A DNA stretch of 64,000 nucleotides from a virus (taxonomy: Duplodnaviria; Heunggongvirae; Uroviricota; Caudoviricetes): IMG/VR virus record IMGVR_UViG_2645727948_000011, one strand, 5' to 3'. Within the stretch, counting starts at the first letter, position 1. The number at the start of each line of letters is the position of its first letter. Below are positions 31,077 through 42,554 of this stretch, piece after piece. The notes below the pieces were generated by a model. The model was given only the letters and a program-made list of their open reading frames with translations. It was not told the DNA's origin and made no database searches. Both the position numbers and the translations under genes were made by a program.

Positions 31077-31110
31077 ATAACTTCGTATAATGTATGCTAT
31101 ACGAAGTTAT
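31077..31110. other. loxP recombination site
   Basis: Exact ATAACTTCGTATA-ATGTATGC-TATACGAAGTTAT. Confidence 0.98.
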
Positions 31111-31153
31111 TAGGTCTGAAGAGGAGTTTACGTCCAGCTGCGCATAAAAATCA

Positions 31154-31170
31154 AGAATTATTAGAGCAAT
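31154..31170. promoter_or_regulatory. C1 operator
   Basis: AGAATTATTAGAGCAAT. Confidence 0.7.
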
Positions 31171-31236
31171 AAATTTTGAGAGAAAAATCCCACTCCACCA
31201 GCCAAAAACTGGATTGTTTTTCATAGTTGTTTGACA

Positions 31237-31253
31237 ATTGCTCTAATAAATTA
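31237..31253. promoter_or_regulatory. C1 operator overlapping a TTGACA promoter for coi-c1
   Basis: ATTGCTCTAATAAATTA 16/17; TTGACA at 31231-31236 immediately upstream. Confidence 0.75.
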
Positions 31254-31491
31254 TAGTTTTGCCGCCGTTTCGTAATACGACTTTGGATTCACTATTTAAT
31301 GTGTCTTCAGCGTTGTAGAGCGGCTCAGAAGGAAATGAGCAAACAGGGAAACCTTATACAACGGCATTACAGCTATGCATTGCTCATCTTACACACAGCG
31401 CAATGTTGTTAGATTACCCCAGCATGGATCATGGGTGAAACAGTAGGTCAGAGCTTCAGGCTCTGTGTTGTCAATACAGTGAGGCATAATT

Positions 31492-31701
31492 ATGGCTTTC
31501 ATTCCACCAACCATCGACGACGTTAGACATTGCTCTAACGCTTTATCTGTAGACCCCGCCGAAACCGACGCTGCCCGCGCCATTGCTGAACACTACTCAA
31601 AGATATCCAATCAGGAGTACCGCATCACCCAAGACGACCTGGATGATCTCACTGACACAATCGAATATCTCATGGCCACTAACCAGCCAGACTCACAATA
31701 A
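31492..31701 (+). CDS. coi: Coi (C1 inactivator)
   Basis: 69-aa ORF immediately upstream of c1. Confidence 0.7.
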   Translation: MAFIPPTIDDVRHCSNALSVDPAETDAARAIAEHYSKISNQEYRITQDDLDDLTDTIEYLMATNQPDSQ

Positions 31702-31747
31702 ATGCACTAATAAATCTATTATTTTCGTTGGATCCTTCTATAATGGT

Positions 31748-31790
31748 GGCCAACAACTCCCAGTGTAATCCGCTGTGAGTTGTTGGCCAT
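31748..31790 (+). other. Perfect 13-bp inverted repeat (stem-loop) between coi and c1
   Basis: TGGCCAACAACTC ... GAGTTGTTGGCCA with a 17-nt loop. Confidence 0.6.
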
Positions 31791-31811
31791 GTCAATTCTG
31801 GAGGAGGATCA

Positions 31812-32663
31812 ATGATAAATTATGTCTACGGCGAACAACTGTACCAGGAGTTCGTCAGCTTCAGGGATCTCTTTCTAAAAAAAGCTGTTGCACGCGCCCA
31901 ACACGTTGATGCCGCCAGCGACGGTCGTCCTGTACGCCCGGTTGTCGTTCTGCCGTTCAAAGAAACGGACAGCATTCAGGCTGAAATTGATAAATGGACT
32001 TTAATGGCGCGGGAACTGGAACAGTACCCAGACCTCAATATCCCAAAGACTATTTTATATCCAGTGCCTAACATCCTTCGCGGTGTGCGTAAGGTTACAA
32101 CTTATCAGACAGAAGCAGTGAACAGCGTCAATATGACCGCTGGCCGCATTATTCATCTGATTGATAAGGACATTCGCATCCAAAAAAGCGCGGGGATCAA
32201 TGAGCACAGTGCGAAATACATAGAGAACCTGGAAGCAACAAAAGAGCTAATGAAGCAGTACCCGGAGGATGAAAAATTCCGTATGCGCGTACACGGCTTT
32301 AGCGAAACAATGCTGCGCGTCCATTACATTTCCAGTAGCCCTAACTACAATGATGGTAAATCAGTTAGTTACCATGTGCCGCTGTGTGGTGTGTTTATCT
32401 GCGATGAAACTCTCCGTGATGGAATCATCATCAACGGTGAATTCGAGAAAGCAAAATTTAGCCTTTATGACTCTATAGAACCGATCATCTGCGACCGCTG
32501 GCCGCAGGCAAAAATATATCGCCTGGCAGATATTGAAAATGTAAAAAAACAAATTGCCATCACTCGCGAAGAGAAAAAGGTCAAATCAGCCGCATCAGTT
32601 ACGCGCAGCCGTAAAACTAAGAAGGGGCAGCCAGTAAACGACAACCCCGAAAGCGCGCAATAG
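31812..32663 (+). CDS. c1: C1 repressor of lysis
   Basis: 283 aa starting MINYVYGEQLYQEF; multiple cognate operators in the window. Confidence 0.9.
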   Translation: MINYVYGEQLYQEFVSFRDLFLKKAVARAQHVDAASDGRPVRPVVVLPFKETDSIQAEIDKWTLMARELEQYPDLNIPKTILYPVPNILRGVRKVTTYQTEAVNSVNMTAGRIIHLIDKDIRIQKSAGINEHSAKYIENLEATKELMKQYPEDEKFRMRVHGFSETMLRVHYISSSPNYNDGKSVSYHVPLCGVFICDETLRDGIIINGEFEKAKFSLYDSIEPIICDRWPQAKIYRLADIENVKKQIAITREEKKVKSAASVTRSRKTKKGQPVNDNPESAQ

Positions 32664-32687
32664 TTTCTATCCGGCATGGTCAATGAG

Positions 32688-34172
32688 TTATTCATTAAGC
32701 CATGCCAGAGCTTCATCAACCTGCGCTTCGTCTTCGACGCTAAGCACTTCATCCTGGGGAACATAATCCGCCAGCATAGCGAAACAATATGTATCCCAAT
32801 GGTCTGGTGAGTGCAGGTTGAGTTTTTTCTTCATATCCTCCTTACTCATCACCTTCCATTGACCTGCGGAGTTAATCCCTACAGGGATTTTCGACGCTTC
32901 CTCAATAGTTTCATTACCCTTATCCAGTCTCATACGACCTGATTTTACGGCCTCTGCGGCTTGAACGTTGGCATAAGCACGCTTATCAAAGTACAGGCTC
33001 TTATCTTCACGGCTATGCATCTTTTTACCCCAGCGTATACGCTGTACGGTAATACCATAATACTCGTACATCAGATCCGCCGTTGCTTTACCCAGGCCAT
33101 CGCCGTCTATCGCTATGGTGATATTTGGGAATCGCTCAGGATTACATTCTGCGAAAATTTTGGCGGCAAGCTGCGTTTCTGTAACGTCTGTGTATTCCAG
33201 CATTCGATAGTTGATTACACGGCGTTTATTTCTCTGGCCGGACACCATCATGATATTGATAACGGACTTATCCCGTCCCGTACCACCAGCAACGTCCACA
33301 CATGCAAGCCAGCCCCATCCTTTGGCAATCTTGACTTTCCGCCGCGTCGCACGTTCAACCTCATCACGTCCAAGAAGGAAGCCATCCTGTGATTTAGGGA
33401 ATAGTCCGCGTACTTTAATCATGTACATAGGGTTATCACGCCCGCCGTACTCCGCCAGCTTCATTTTGATAAATGCTGGCGTTACCAGCGGTGATTCCTC
33501 ACTGTTAAGCGTGATCGCCGTATAAACGCCATCAGGGTTACCAGGACGCTTGGCCAGTTTATGGTGAGTATCGTAGAAATAGCCGCTTGGGCGTGTAGGC
33601 TGTGACAGTAATAAGATGCGGTTATCCTGTCCGGTAAGAGCACCAGTGATGATACCGAAAGCTCTATCACTGACACCGGAGGCTTCATCGATAATATACA
33701 GAAGATGATCTGCGTGTTCACCGGCGAGAGCTTCTTCACTTCCCAGACGAAAGCCCTTCGGTACTACAGTCCATACACCTTTACCAGTAACCTCATAGAA
33801 AGCGGTTTCTGTCAGAACAAAATAATCAGCAAGCCATGGAAAACGGCTGGTGGCAGTAGCCCAGTTTATCTTGATGTACTTGAATATACCGGTCATTACC
33901 TGCTGAATTTTGTTCGCAACGATAATGGCGCGGGCACCGGGATACATGATTATGAACAACATGATCATGATAGAAGTCATGTCTGATTTCCCGGTACCGT
34001 GACCAGACGAAACAGATGTCTTGCTACCCTGTTCCTGCACAGACTCAATAATCAGATCCTGCTGCCAGGTAGGTGTTTTGCCGAACAAAACATCAGCGGC
34101 CGCAATCCAGTCATAACGATATAGCGCCACCAGCTCGCGCCAACGTGGATCCGTTACGCAACTTCTGGCCAT
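32688..34172 (-). CDS. pacB: Terminase large subunit PacB
   Basis: 494 aa; Walker A GHGTGKS, Walker [10 protein letters not shown]; C-terminal nuclease-like region. Confidence 0.9.
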   Translation of the reverse strand: MARSCVTDPRWRELVALYRYDWIAAADVLFGKTPTWQQDLIIESVQEQGSKTSVSSGHGTGKSDMTSIMIMLFIIMYPGARAIIVANKIQQVMTGIFKYIKINWATATSRFPWLADYFVLTETAFYEVTGKGVWTVVPKGFRLGSEEALAGEHADHLLYIIDEASGVSDRAFGIITGALTGQDNRILLLSQPTRPSGYFYDTHHKLAKRPGNPDGVYTAITLNSEESPLVTPAFIKMKLAEYGGRDNPMYMIKVRGLFPKSQDGFLLGRDEVERATRRKVKIAKGWGWLACVDVAGGTGRDKSVINIMMVSGQRNKRRVINYRMLEYTDVTETQLAAKIFAECNPERFPNITIAIDGDGLGKATADLMYEYYGITVQRIRWGKKMHSREDKSLYFDKRAYANVQAAEAVKSGRMRLDKGNETIEEASKIPVGINSAGQWKVMSKEDMKKKLNLHSPDHWDTYCFAMLADYVPQDEVLSVEDEAQVDEALAWLNE

Positions 34173-35365
34173 TAATCATCATCCCCGTATAGCTTGCGGG
34201 TAACTTCTTCGTCTTCCTCCTCGTCTTCGTCCAGGTCTTGTTCCAGCCATGGGTCGTTTGATACACCTTCAGTATCAACATCTCCATAACCGCCTGTATC
34301 AACAATATCGGCGATTTCTTCCCTACGCTGCTCAATCCACAATGCGGCATCGGCGCGGCGGTTGGCGGCCCGTTCTCGCGCAACTTTGTCCAGATCTTCA
34401 AGAGAAGGGCCACCGACGGCTGTTTGCCTTTCCTCATCATCGGTATTGGTCTTAGGAGCACGCAGATCGGCTTTGATTTGCTCCAGCATCAGGGGCGGTA
34501 CTTTCCCTCCATGCGCCTCGATGAATTCAGCTGCCTCCAGCACTGACCAGTTGTTTTCACGCTTTCGTTCGTATGCCAGCTTAACAATGCCAGCTTGCCC
34601 CATAGACAAAGCGTGCTTTTCCGCCTCCCGGCTTTCTTTTCGATAGTTATTCCGGATGCTGTAAATGGTGTTGATCAGGCTGCTTATCTGCGCGGAACAG
34701 CTGTTTAGCATGCTCGCGATACGGTATTCAGGCGGAGTTCCTTCATCATCGTCTTTTTGCTGATCGCGCATTTCCTGAACCAAGCGAATACACGTATCCC
34801 TGGCGTTCTCCAGCATAAGGAGATGAGAGAGAGACTTTTCCAGAAGAGTGGTTTCCAGAACATCAGCCCCGGACCGACGCAACATAGCGCGCGCGGCCTT
34901 CCGCGCTTCAACGTTATCTATCAGGTAATCGCCAGCTTCGAATTCAAAGCGTTCACCATCATCATCCAGGGTGTCGCGTTCCAGGCGATCACGTAAGGTC
35001 CGGTGGGCGCGGGTGATCACGTCATGATCATCAGAACGATCATTTATGCGCTTATTCTGGCGCTTCGCGTTCTCGACTGCGGCACTGACAACAGCATTAA
35101 CTCTTTGTTTTTCAGCCGTTTCAGCCACAATGTGATCACCTGCACGTTGATCATTAGCGTGATCAATGATCATGCTTTTTAGTGGTTTTCTGACAGGCTT
35201 ATTTGGCTTACGGCTGTCCGCTGTTCCGGTGTCTTCTTTGAATGCACGGAGATAACGACGTGCGGTGTTTGGGTTGAGATTAAACTCGGCGGCATATTGT
35301 GCGATGGTGTAACCACCATCTCGCGCCAGGCGAGCAAAATTCTTCTTGTGATCGTCCCAGGTCAC
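34172..35365 (-). CDS. pacA: Terminase small subunit PacA (contains pac site)
   Basis: 397 aa; N-terminal HTH; acidic C-terminus; pac hexamers inside its 5' part. Confidence 0.9.
   Translation of the reverse strand: MTWDDHKKNFARLARDGGYTIAQYAAEFNLNPNTARRYLRAFKEDTGTADSRKPNKPVRKPLKSMIIDHANDQRAGDHIVAETAEKQRVNAVVSAAVENAKRQNKRINDRSDDHDVITRAHRTLRDRLERDTLDDDGERFEFEAGDYLIDNVEARKAARAMLRRSGADVLETTLLEKSLSHLLMLENARDTCIRLVQEMRDQQKDDDEGTPPEYRIASMLNSCSAQISSLINTIYSIRNNYRKESREAEKHALSMGQAGIVKLAYERKRENNWSVLEAAEFIEAHGGKVPPLMLEQIKADLRAPKTNTDDEERQTAVGGPSLEDLDKVARERAANRRADAALWIEQRREEIADIVDTGGYGDVDTEGVSNDPWLEQDLDEDEEEDEEVTRKLYGDDD
35014..35172. other. pac packaging site: seven TGATCA/CGATCA hexamers in two clusters (3 + 4) about 90 bp apart
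   Basis: Hexamers at 35014, 35025, 35037 and at 35133, 35148, 35160, 35167; each carries a Dam GATC. Confidence 0.8.
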
Positions 35366-35451
35366 TTATGCTTCCTTTCGTATAAAACTCTTTTTGACGC
35401 GAGGGTAACGAAAGTCACATGTCAAAAGGCCCGGAACGGGCAAGCAATCAA

Positions 35452-35904
35452 TCAGATACGTGCGGATGTGGCATTACCGTAATGACGGTGCTGACGGACC
35501 ACCTTATTGAAAAGTTGACGCGCCATCACCCAAGGCTGGTGCTCCCGGCGTTCCTTTTCGTCCTGCGTCATATAGAGTTCGTTCTGGAGTTTTTCATCAA
35601 ACCGGCGCGGAGCGCGGCTGCGGCGAAAGAATTCAGGATTCAGAGAGTGGATCTGAAATCTACGTGGGCGTGTACTGTCATCAATCAAAACAGACGAATA
35701 CTTAGACACAGCGATAGCCTTTAAGCGCAGATAAACATCGCGCTTATCGACATCCAGATGCGGGTATTCCTTTTCAAGAATTGCTGCGAGTTCTTTCGCT
35801 GATAGAAGAGATTTAGTGCGGATCATGTAATCCGCAATCTCGTACGATGTTATTCGTGAGTGATTTATTTCCATGAAGTGGCGTCCCTGCCAGTTAAGTA
35901 ACAT
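35452..35904 (-). CDS. lpa: Late promoter activator-like protein
   Basis: Small basic protein directly downstream of a C1 operator and upstream of pacA, as P1 lpa; start may be the ATG at 35874. Confidence 0.5.
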   Translation of the reverse strand: MLLNWQGRHFMEINHSRITSYEIADYMIRTKSLLSAKELAAILEKEYPHLDVDKRDVYLRLKAIAVSKYSSVLIDDSTRPRRFQIHSLNPEFFRRSRAPRRFDEKLQNELYMTQDEKERREHQPWVMARQLFNKVVRQHRHYGNATSARI

Positions 35905-35974
35905 CCTGTCACCTACTGATTAGCCCATGTCAACTAATCAACGTGGAATATAATACCCTCGATTAAAGAAATAG

Positions 35975-35991
35975 CAATACATTAGAGCAAT
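35975..35991. promoter_or_regulatory. C1 operator upstream of lpa
   Basis: Contains ATTAGAGCAAT. Confidence 0.6.
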
Positions 35992-35992
35992 T

Positions 35993-37036
35993 TTATCTAA
36001 CGCTCGACGAGTGACTTGTGATAGCGCCGACTCCAAGCGCGTAATCAAAGAACAATCGTTGATGCATCGCCAGCCTACCGTGCGTCTTCTCCCAATTATC
36101 GCGGTCACGCTCAATATCACGCTGGCATGACTGGCACAGAGGAATAGCATAAATGTCATGCGCGCATAATCGACTATGACGAACGATATAAGGCGTAATG
36201 TGAGCGCCAGCTCCCGCAGCTCCACAGCCACAGCATGGACGGGAAGCCACAAAGTCCATGTACTCGGGCAATTTTAGCGATTGAAGTTTTGGTATTTTGA
36301 AATGCGCCATACCTGGGTCGGAGTCAACATCCACAGGGCATACTTTTGCACGCATCGGCGCGGCGCGTTCTTCCATCATCTGAACATATGCTGTAGCGCG
36401 ATCGTCATACGGGCGAATATCCGCCTCTTTCAGAGGTCCGCTATCCTGCGGAGTAGCCTTCATCTTATTTATTGATATGCGGCAGACTTCTTCCGGCATC
36501 AGGTGCATCATGTTGCGCATGAAAGCCCACCAGCACAGCTCCTGAATACTTAAATCATGGCTATTTGAAAGGCCCATTTCCTGACGGGCGACATCCAGTA
36601 TCCAGTTAACGCGATTATTGTGCAGCGTTTCTTTCAGCTCATTAAAACCACGCATCCGGTAATGGTTATCGTGATGCCAGCACAACAACACCGCGCTATT
36701 GTCTCGTTCAGCGTGGACAATATGGTTGTCACACCAACTACGATCTGCGGCCTGGCATTGACCCTCTTTCCTACGCAACCACGCCACCAGCGCGTCAATT
36801 CCACCAATACGGCGAAACAGTTCATCGCTGTTAAAAAACGGCTGCAACGCCTCATTTGTTGCCATGGTTTGCTCGGTAACAACGAGGCCGTCTTCCATGT
36901 GCTCGATTAACTCACGCGGCACCGGCTCCATGATAAATTTACGGCCAGCCTCCACCAGTTTTCTGACCTCCTGATCCACTTTGAACGTGGCGAGGCCAAG
37001 CTCTTTCTGTACAAAGGGAGTAATTACGGCTTTCAC
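35993..37036 (-). CDS. pdcB: PdcB-like protein (Cys-rich)
   Basis: 347-aa ORF between doc and lpa. Confidence 0.45.
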   Translation of the reverse strand: MKAVITPFVQKELGLATFKVDQEVRKLVEAGRKFIMEPVPRELIEHMEDGLVVTEQTMATNEALQPFFNSDELFRRIGGIDALVAWLRRKEGQCQAADRSWCDNHIVHAERDNSAVLLCWHHDNHYRMRGFNELKETLHNNRVNWILDVARQEMGLSNSHDLSIQELCWWAFMRNMMHLMPEEVCRISINKMKATPQDSGPLKEADIRPYDDRATAYVQMMEERAAPMRAKVCPVDVDSDPGMAHFKIPKLQSLKLPEYMDFVASRPCCGCGAAGAGAHITPYIVRHSRLCAHDIYAIPLCQSCQRDIERDRDNWEKTHGRLAMHQRLFFDYALGVGAITSHSSSVR

Positions 37037-37247
37037 ATCACACCTTTAATCACTGATTGGGCTTTATCTGCTGCCCGGCATTCTCTGTTTAAGCACAACC
37101 ATTTCCTGACGGCATAACACAGCAATAGCGGTCCTGACTCCAATTTGCTTACCAACCAGGTATTGCTTTACCTTGCGGCGACTCACGCCATCAAGAAGCA
37201 TCTTTAACGCTTCACGGGACAATTTGTTGTATTTGCGTGCCATTAAT

Positions 37248-37628
37248 CTACTCCGCAGAACCATACAATCTACGTAACGTGTCGGCGACAGAAGATACAG
37301 ATATCTCGCCAGTCGCAGCGCCTACAGTAAGGTCTGCCAGTTCAGGTGAATCAAATACCTGCACCCCGTTACGGCGTAGAAATAGCAGCGCACTGTTTAG
37401 CGCGGTACGCTTATTGGCATCATTGAATATATGCCCTCTCGCTGTAGCCACCAGGTAGGTGGCGGAGACTTCGAAAAGGTCGGTGATCTCTTCGTAGGCA
37501 ACTCTGGCCTGAACTCTCCCGATAATGGCCTCTGCCCTACCCGGATCTGACATGCCAGGCAGGCCGCCGTAGCGGCTTATATTCGCATCATGAAGCGCAA
37601 CAAGTTCTTCCGGTGATATATGTCTCAT
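37248..37628 (-). CDS. doc: Doc toxin (Fic-fold kinase)
   Basis: 126 aa [35 protein letters not shown]... Confidence 0.97.
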   Translation of the reverse strand: MRHISPEELVALHDANISRYGGLPGMSDPGRAEAIIGRVQARVAYEEITDLFEVSATYLVATARGHIFNDANKRTALNSALLFLRRNGVQVFDSPELADLTVGAATGEISVSSVADTLRRLYGSAE

Positions 37629-37849
37629 TATCGGTTAACCAGTTCCTTGTTGGTGGAGTCCAGGGTGTCAAACAGGGATGCAAATTCAGCATCCAGCGCC
37701 GCTTTTTTGTAGGCTTCGAAAGTAGCCTTGCTGACAATTACTGCTGGCTCACGGCCTCTGCGGGTGATTTCAACCTCTTCCCCGGCTTCAACATTGTTGA
37801 GCACTTCAGAAAGGTTGCCGCGCGCGGTACGGAAGTTAATGGATTGCAT
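37628..37849 (-). CDS. phd: Phd antitoxin
   Basis: 73 aa [41 protein letters not shown]...; stop overlaps doc start. Confidence 0.97.
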   Translation of the reverse strand: MQSINFRTARGNLSEVLNNVEAGEEVEITRRGREPAVIVSKATFEAYKKAALDAEFASLFDTLDSTNKELVNR

Positions 37850-37921
37850 AAACACCTCGTGTACTCGTTATGTGTACGCAATTATAAACTTCACAGGCAT
37901 AAAGCACCAGCACTTTGCAGC

Positions 37922-38311
37922 TTAAATAACCGGACAATCATCAAATTCCCCACTTCGGGCATCATTGATGACATGAGTGATCACACCAAAAACAGCATTA
38001 CTGCCCGTGTATCCATCGTCATCTACTGGTAACGCCTCTTTCTTCCCGGTGCTTAAGTCCTCCAGGTGCTGGCGCGGATACTTCCTGTATCTCTTTATGC
38101 GATATTCACCCTCCATAGCGCACACAAGCAGAGAACCATCAACCGGAGTAAGCGAGGAATCAACCACCAGCAAAGCACCCTGCAATATTCCCTCACGGTG
38201 ATGGCTATCAGCTGCCCGCATGAAGTAGGTCGCTGAAGGATGTCTAATTATCTGCTGATCAAGAGAAATTCGGCTTTCAACATAATCCGCCGCAGGAGAA
38301 GGGAAGCCCAT
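37922..38311 (-). CDS. humD: UmuD-like SOS mutagenesis protein
   Basis: LexA/UmuD-type peptidase fold sequence; LexA box just upstream. Confidence 0.85.
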   Translation of the reverse strand: MGFPSPAADYVESRISLDQQIIRHPSATYFMRAADSHHREGILQGALLVVDSSLTPVDGSLLVCAMEGEYRIKRYRKYPRQHLEDLSTGKKEALPVDDDGYTGSNAVFGVITHVINDARSGEFDDCPVI

Positions 38312-38329
38312 AGCGTTTTACCTCAATGA

Positions 38330-38349
38330 TACTGTTTATTCATACAGTA
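38330..38349. promoter_or_regulatory. LexA (SOS) box TACTGTTTATTCATACAGTA
   Basis: Perfect CTGT-N8-ACAG with flanking TA. Confidence 0.85.
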
Positions 38350-38434
38350 TACATTGAAAAGGCATAGTTTGTGAAAGCGGGGTTTGTAGGCGCGCCACGC
38401 TGGGGGCTAATCACATTTCTCCCCCATCTTGCCG

Positions 38435-38686
38435 TTATTTTTTTGGTGCATCCTCGTTCTGATACACCGGATCGCTCCCTTTTGGCAACTGGAGGCTTAA
38501 CTGCCGGTAGTGCCGTAGCCGTTCCATGAAATAGGCGCGCAGGTTTTCCGGTTGCTCACGGGCCACCTGCTCTGCAATCACAGGTATATTCAGCCGTTCT
38601 TTGTAAGCAACGCCGCTGGCGGCAAGGTCTACGTTCACCTTGTCTCGCTCTTCCTGGCTTTTAGCTGCTATATTTCGATCTGACAC
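38435..38686 (-). CDS. hot: DNA polymerase III theta-subunit homologue
   Basis: [43 protein letters not shown], close to E. coli HolE. Confidence 0.8.
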   Translation of the reverse strand: MSDRNIAAKSQEERDKVNVDLAASGVAYKERLNIPVIAEQVAREQPENLRAYFMERLRHYRQLSLQLPKGSDPVYQNEDAPKK

Positions 38687-38718
38687 AAGAAACCTCCAGG
38701 AGTTAGTGGATCAGGCAC

Positions 38719-39069
38719 ATGCACAATAACGTTCTCAATGTTAGCCGTTCAATTCAGACAATCAGAGACTGCACCAGTGTGGTGGCATCAATCCCATTGC
38801 GGAACAGCATAGACGAACTGCAAATTCGTGTATTGAATCCGAATCAGGCTAATAAGCAATTGCGCTTTATTTTGACGCTGAAAAGTGAAACAGAGGGGAT
38901 AAAGCACAGCGTAAAAGTGTTTTCTGAGGCCATTCTGCTTAATGGGAAGCTCCGGCATCTGGTAAGGCCAGAACGTCAATATCCTGACGTCCTGGCGCGT
39001 GAAAAAGACCTTCTTTCTGAAGTTCAGGATAGGGTGATCGATTTCGTCAAATGCTATCCCCTGCATTGA
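38719..39069 (+). CDS. Hypothetical protein
   Basis: 116-aa ORF, the only plus-strand gene in this block. Confidence 0.4.
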   Translation: MHNNVLNVSRSIQTIRDCTSVVASIPLRNSIDELQIRVLNPNQANKQLRFILTLKSETEGIKHSVKVFSEAILLNGKLRHLVRPERQYPDVLAREKDLLSEVQDRVIDFVKCYPLH

Positions 39070-39338
39070 GGGCAGGTGTTCCCTTCCGCAAAGTAGGGAA
39101 AATTGCTATCAAGTTCATCACACCATCTGCGATGGTCGTAGCACCAAAACGCCTCCCACGGTGCACGGAAATACTTCATCCACCAGGACACTCGATCAGG
39201 TATATCTGCTGGTGGCAGTTCTTCTGGCAATAATTTGCCTGATAATTCCCTTTCCGCCCGCGCCAGCATTCCTTTTAGACTCGCATTCTCTTTTTCAAGA
39301 ATCTCTATGCGCGCCTGTAACTCAGCTTTCGTTGGCAT
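39054..39338 (-). CDS. Hypothetical coiled-coil / Cys-containing protein
   Basis: Likely start MPTKAELQARIEILEKEN just after the upstream stop. Confidence 0.35.
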   Translation of the reverse strand: MPTKAELQARIEILEKENASLKGMLARAERELSGKLLPEELPPADIPDRVSWWMKYFRAPWEAFWCYDHRRWCDELDSNFPYFAEGNTCPQCRG

Positions 39339-39972
39339 GGCCCGCCTCATGCTTATCAGCCACCAGCGGCAATAAAGCCCTGGCCATCTTATGAACCAAT
39401 AGTGCATCAATAATGCCAAGCGTATGCCCCGGCTTAATGTTTAATGCCGCCTCAAGGTGACACCTTTCCAGGCCACTTTTCTCGGCTTGTTTATGATGAT
39501 CTGGCGTAATAACGTCGCCCAAAACACGGCTAATTTTTTCTCGTAATTGCTGGGTGCCAGCACACTTGATCGCTGTATCGTGGATGCGGTTAACCAGTTC
39601 GCGATAAACATGCGGCTTAATTCGGATACGTTCACCGGTGACGCCCTTTCCTGGCGCTGGCACCGAACTATCCGGAATATCCGGATAGTTGCCAGCCTCG
39701 TAAGCTACCCGCAGCCAGTGCATGAATGTTTCAGTGGACACACAACCACAGTCCACATCGATTTTCCCGCGTTGCTGTTCCAGCCAATGCTCAAAATTCA
39801 ATCTACACGTATTACTTTCATGTTGCTCTTTTTGTCTCAAGGCCAGCATCTGCTGGGCTATTTCCAATACTTCATCTGCCGTATATCCAGCACCGTGACC
39901 ATACATTTCGATACGGGAAATAATCTCTGATATACGCTCTTCAGTGATTCTGGTCATTTCTTTTTGCGCCAT
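39322..39972 (-). CDS. Hypothetical protein
   Basis: 216-aa ORF. Confidence 0.5.
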   Translation of the reverse strand: MAQKEMTRITEERISEIISRIEMYGHGAGYTADEVLEIAQQMLALRQKEQHESNTCRLNFEHWLEQQRGKIDVDCGCVSTETFMHWLRVAYEAGNYPDIPDSSVPAPGKGVTGERIRIKPHVYRELVNRIHDTAIKCAGTQQLREKISRVLGDVITPDHHKQAEKSGLERCHLEAALNIKPGHTLGIIDALLVHKMARALLPLVADKHEAGHANES

Positions 39973-40328
39973 TTCTTTTCACATTCCTTAGTCCATTTTT
40001 CAATGTTCATTTTGGCAATATCAGTCATTCCATCACCTAAGAAATACTTTTTCCGGTATGTCTTGCACTTAAACCACACTACAACAGCCACCAGCCAGAA
40101 AATAAAAGGCCATACAGCAATACCAACGACAGCCGCGATAAAGCCCAATAGCCATAAATGAAGCTCTCCAACTTCTGTTTCCGGCAATATTCTTAAAGAA
40201 TTAAACAGCAGGCTGAACGAATGGTCGTATGCATTGGCAGTATAAGACATGCAATCCATATAATTAAAGTCATAGCCTGCGGCTGCCGCCCATAATGGGC
40301 GGTCAAGAAAATGTTTTAGTGTCATCAT
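39954..40328 (-). CDS. Hypothetical membrane protein
   Basis: Two hydrophobic helices, basic tail. Confidence 0.45.
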   Translation of the reverse strand: MMTLKHFLDRPLWAAAAGYDFNYMDCMSYTANAYDHSFSLLFNSLRILPETEVGELHLWLLGFIAAVVGIAVWPFIFWLVAVVVWFKCKTYRKKYFLGDGMTDIAKMNIEKWTKECEKKWRKKK

Positions 40329-40334
40329 ATAAAT

Positions 40335-40715
40335 TTAAGGTTCAGACCAGTTATCTTCAATAGCAATGCTTAATCTTTGTAGCCATTCTGCTAATTTCAG
40401 CATTGCTTCTCTTTCGCTTAAACCACGAGGAAAATCATCAAGCGAAATTGTTGGCTTGAAGCCCCCGTAATTATCCATTTCAACAGTCAGATTTTGCTCC
40501 AGCACGGTATTCCTTACGCGGCTATTGTGCCGAAGCAAATATACTGAACGTGATTTATTGGTTTTATGGTCAAACTGATATTCGGTAAGTATCATCTGGC
40601 TTTTGCCATGACTATTACCTCTCCACATACTTACCTCACTTAATAAAACAACTCCATACGTAGTTGATGATTCTCCCCCACGTAATATAAATATGCACTC
40701 CAGCAGAAAAACCAA
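40335..40715 (-). CDS. Hypothetical protein
   Basis: 126-aa ORF. Confidence 0.4.
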   Translation of the reverse strand: MVFLLECIFILRGGESSTTYGVVLLSEVSMWRGNSHGKSQMILTEYQFDHKTNKSRSVYLLRHNSRVRNTVLEQNLTVEMDNYGGFKPTISLDDFPRGLSEREAMLKLAEWLQRLSIAIEDNWSEP

Positions 40716-40806
40716 AACCTACAATTACTGAAAAAATCAAAACATTTACTTTTGACATTATAAATTTTCTCTCGGTGTCGTAGGTGATAGCACCATAATT
40801 GATAAT

Positions 40807-41058
40807 TTAGTGAGTTAGCAGTTCCATTTTTTGGATGATTTCCGCATGAGCATCATCGTTATCAACACTTAACTCGTTTAATGCCTCTCGCACCACATCA
40901 ACTTCTTCTGGTTGGAAGAAATCATCTCGGTAGTCACCAAATAGAACCGAAACAAGCCTGCCACCAGCAACATCAAGATTGGCGCTAACAGGTGGCTCTT
41001 TGCCATCCTCAAATTCGACTACAAAAGTTATTTTTCCCATCGTTACCACCAGCGACAA
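40807..41058 (-). CDS. Hypothetical acidic protein
   Basis: 83-aa ORF. Confidence 0.4.
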   Translation of the reverse strand: MSLVVTMGKITFVVEFEDGKEPPVSANLDVAGGRLVSVLFGDYRDDFFQPEEVDVVREALNELSVDNDDAHAEIIQKMELLTH

Positions 41059-41125
41059 ATTGAATACAAACCCAGTGCTGCCGCCATCACAATTCCTACC
41101 GTTGCGAATGCTTCAGGCCAGCTCA

Positions 41126-41386
41126 TTATCTCACCTCCAGTCTCCATACCGCCTGACCAATCCGGCTGGCATGGGTATCTTTGGATACTGTTCCGTCTTT
41201 AGCCATCTCCATAAGAATTTTGCGCAAATCTGCCGAACGCCATTCTTCATCAGGAAATTCCTTCTCCATTGCCAACCGCAGATTCCAGGTTGCCATCCTG
41301 AATGGATATTCCCCGCCGAGAGCTTTATCTTGCAGGGCAGCCCGGGAACGCATCACCTGCAAAACCTTCTCTTTTACATTCATCAT
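41126..41386 (-). CDS. Hypothetical protein
   Basis: ATG overlaps upstream stop (ATGA). Confidence 0.45.
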   Translation of the reverse strand: MMNVKEKVLQVMRSRAALQDKALGGEYPFRMATWNLRLAMEKEFPDEEWRSADLRKILMEMAKDGTVSKDTHASRIGQAVWRLEVR

Positions 41387-42279
41387 TTCGCCTCCTGCGG
41401 CGGTTCTGGTAGCGGCATCCAGTGTGACGGTTTCCACGACGCACCAGGAATTATCCAACCATCATTAGCGTCAGGATACCCCGGTATGTAAGTCGCCCAT
41501 TTCATTCGCCAGTCACCTTTCCTATCAAACTCCCTGGCAACAAGAACGGCTGTTTTGCTATCCGGCATTCGCTCACTACAGCTTATCCAACCATCCGGAG
41601 TTACCGGAACTTGCGGAATGGCTGTCTGCTCTCGAACGTCATTAGGCGCTATAGGTTCTGCTGCCAACTGACTGGCATATTTGTTAATGGTAACGATAAG
41701 CTCTTGCTCAGCCTCATCCAGACAATCACCGATACCTCGCCTGTCACCGTCAAAATCATCGAAATCGGCACGAATCTTGGCAACCTTCAAGATTGCGGAC
41801 AACACCTCACTAGGAATTACCGGATAGTTGGTTGACGTTTCCGCGATTTCCCGAAAATTATTGGTTGACGAATTCTTGCTTTCCCGAAAGTTTCCGGACT
41901 GAAGCATGGCGGTGCGGCAGGCGTTCCATATTTCGGCAGCAATATCGCGCTCGCTATCGGTTAATTTGTACGTGGAAACATAGCCAGAGAGCATTTCTAC
42001 GTTTTCCGGAGTTGCTTCTTCCGGCACTACCGGCGCTGGCGGGGCGATGCGTCCAAGCAACTTATTTACCTCTTTCGCCATCGCGTCATATTTATCTAAA
42101 TGGCGATTAGCTTCTAAGCAGACTCGGCGCATCTGATCTGAGTTAACTCGTTTAACTGGATCTGCTTCCAGCGATGCCAGCGCAATCCGTGCCAGTTCCA
42201 TTTGTTCACCACGGGTAAGCCCGTTTTCAAGCGGATTTTTAATGAACAATTCAATACGTTCTTTGGTAATAGTGGTCAT
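41383..42279 (-). CDS. Hypothetical protein with C-terminal GWISCSERMP...W.PLP (DUF551-like) motif
   Basis: 298-aa ORF. Confidence 0.5.
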   Translation of the reverse strand: MTTITKERIELFIKNPLENGLTRGEQMELARIALASLEADPVKRVNSDQMRRVCLEANRHLDKYDAMAKEVNKLLGRIAPPAPVVPEEATPENVEMLSGYVSTYKLTDSERDIAAEIWNACRTAMLQSGNFRESKNSSTNNFREIAETSTNYPVIPSEVLSAILKVAKIRADFDDFDGDRRGIGDCLDEAEQELIVTINKYASQLAAEPIAPNDVREQTAIPQVPVTPDGWISCSERMPDSKTAVLVAREFDRKGDWRMKWATYIPGYPDANDGWIIPGASWKPSHWMPLPEPPQEAK

Positions 42280-42289
42280 GTGTTACTCC

Positions 42290-42553
42290 TTAACCCGCAG
42301 TGCTTTCAACTGATGAGGGGAACAAAATCTTTTCATCAAACCCTGCATTCATATCATGAACAGCAACACACCAATCCATCGACGAACGATTATCAAGAGC
42401 CTCCATGATTTCATCCATGCGGCGTAGGTCATACAGGTAAATGCTTTTATCGCCAATGGTGTAAAAGCCAATTTTTTTCGGTGATGGACAGCGATCAAGA
42501 ACTTCCTGTAATTCGTTCAACCATGCCCGTTCTTTTTTTGTCAAAGTTGCCAT
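42290..42553 (-). CDS. Hypothetical protein
   Basis: Start MATLTKKERAWLNELQ follows upstream stop. Confidence 0.4.
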   Translation of the reverse strand: MATLTKKERAWLNELQEVLDRCPSPKKIGFYTIGDKSIYLYDLRRMDEIMEALDNRSSMDWCVAVHDMNAGFDEKILFPSSVESTAG

Positions 42554-42554
42554 A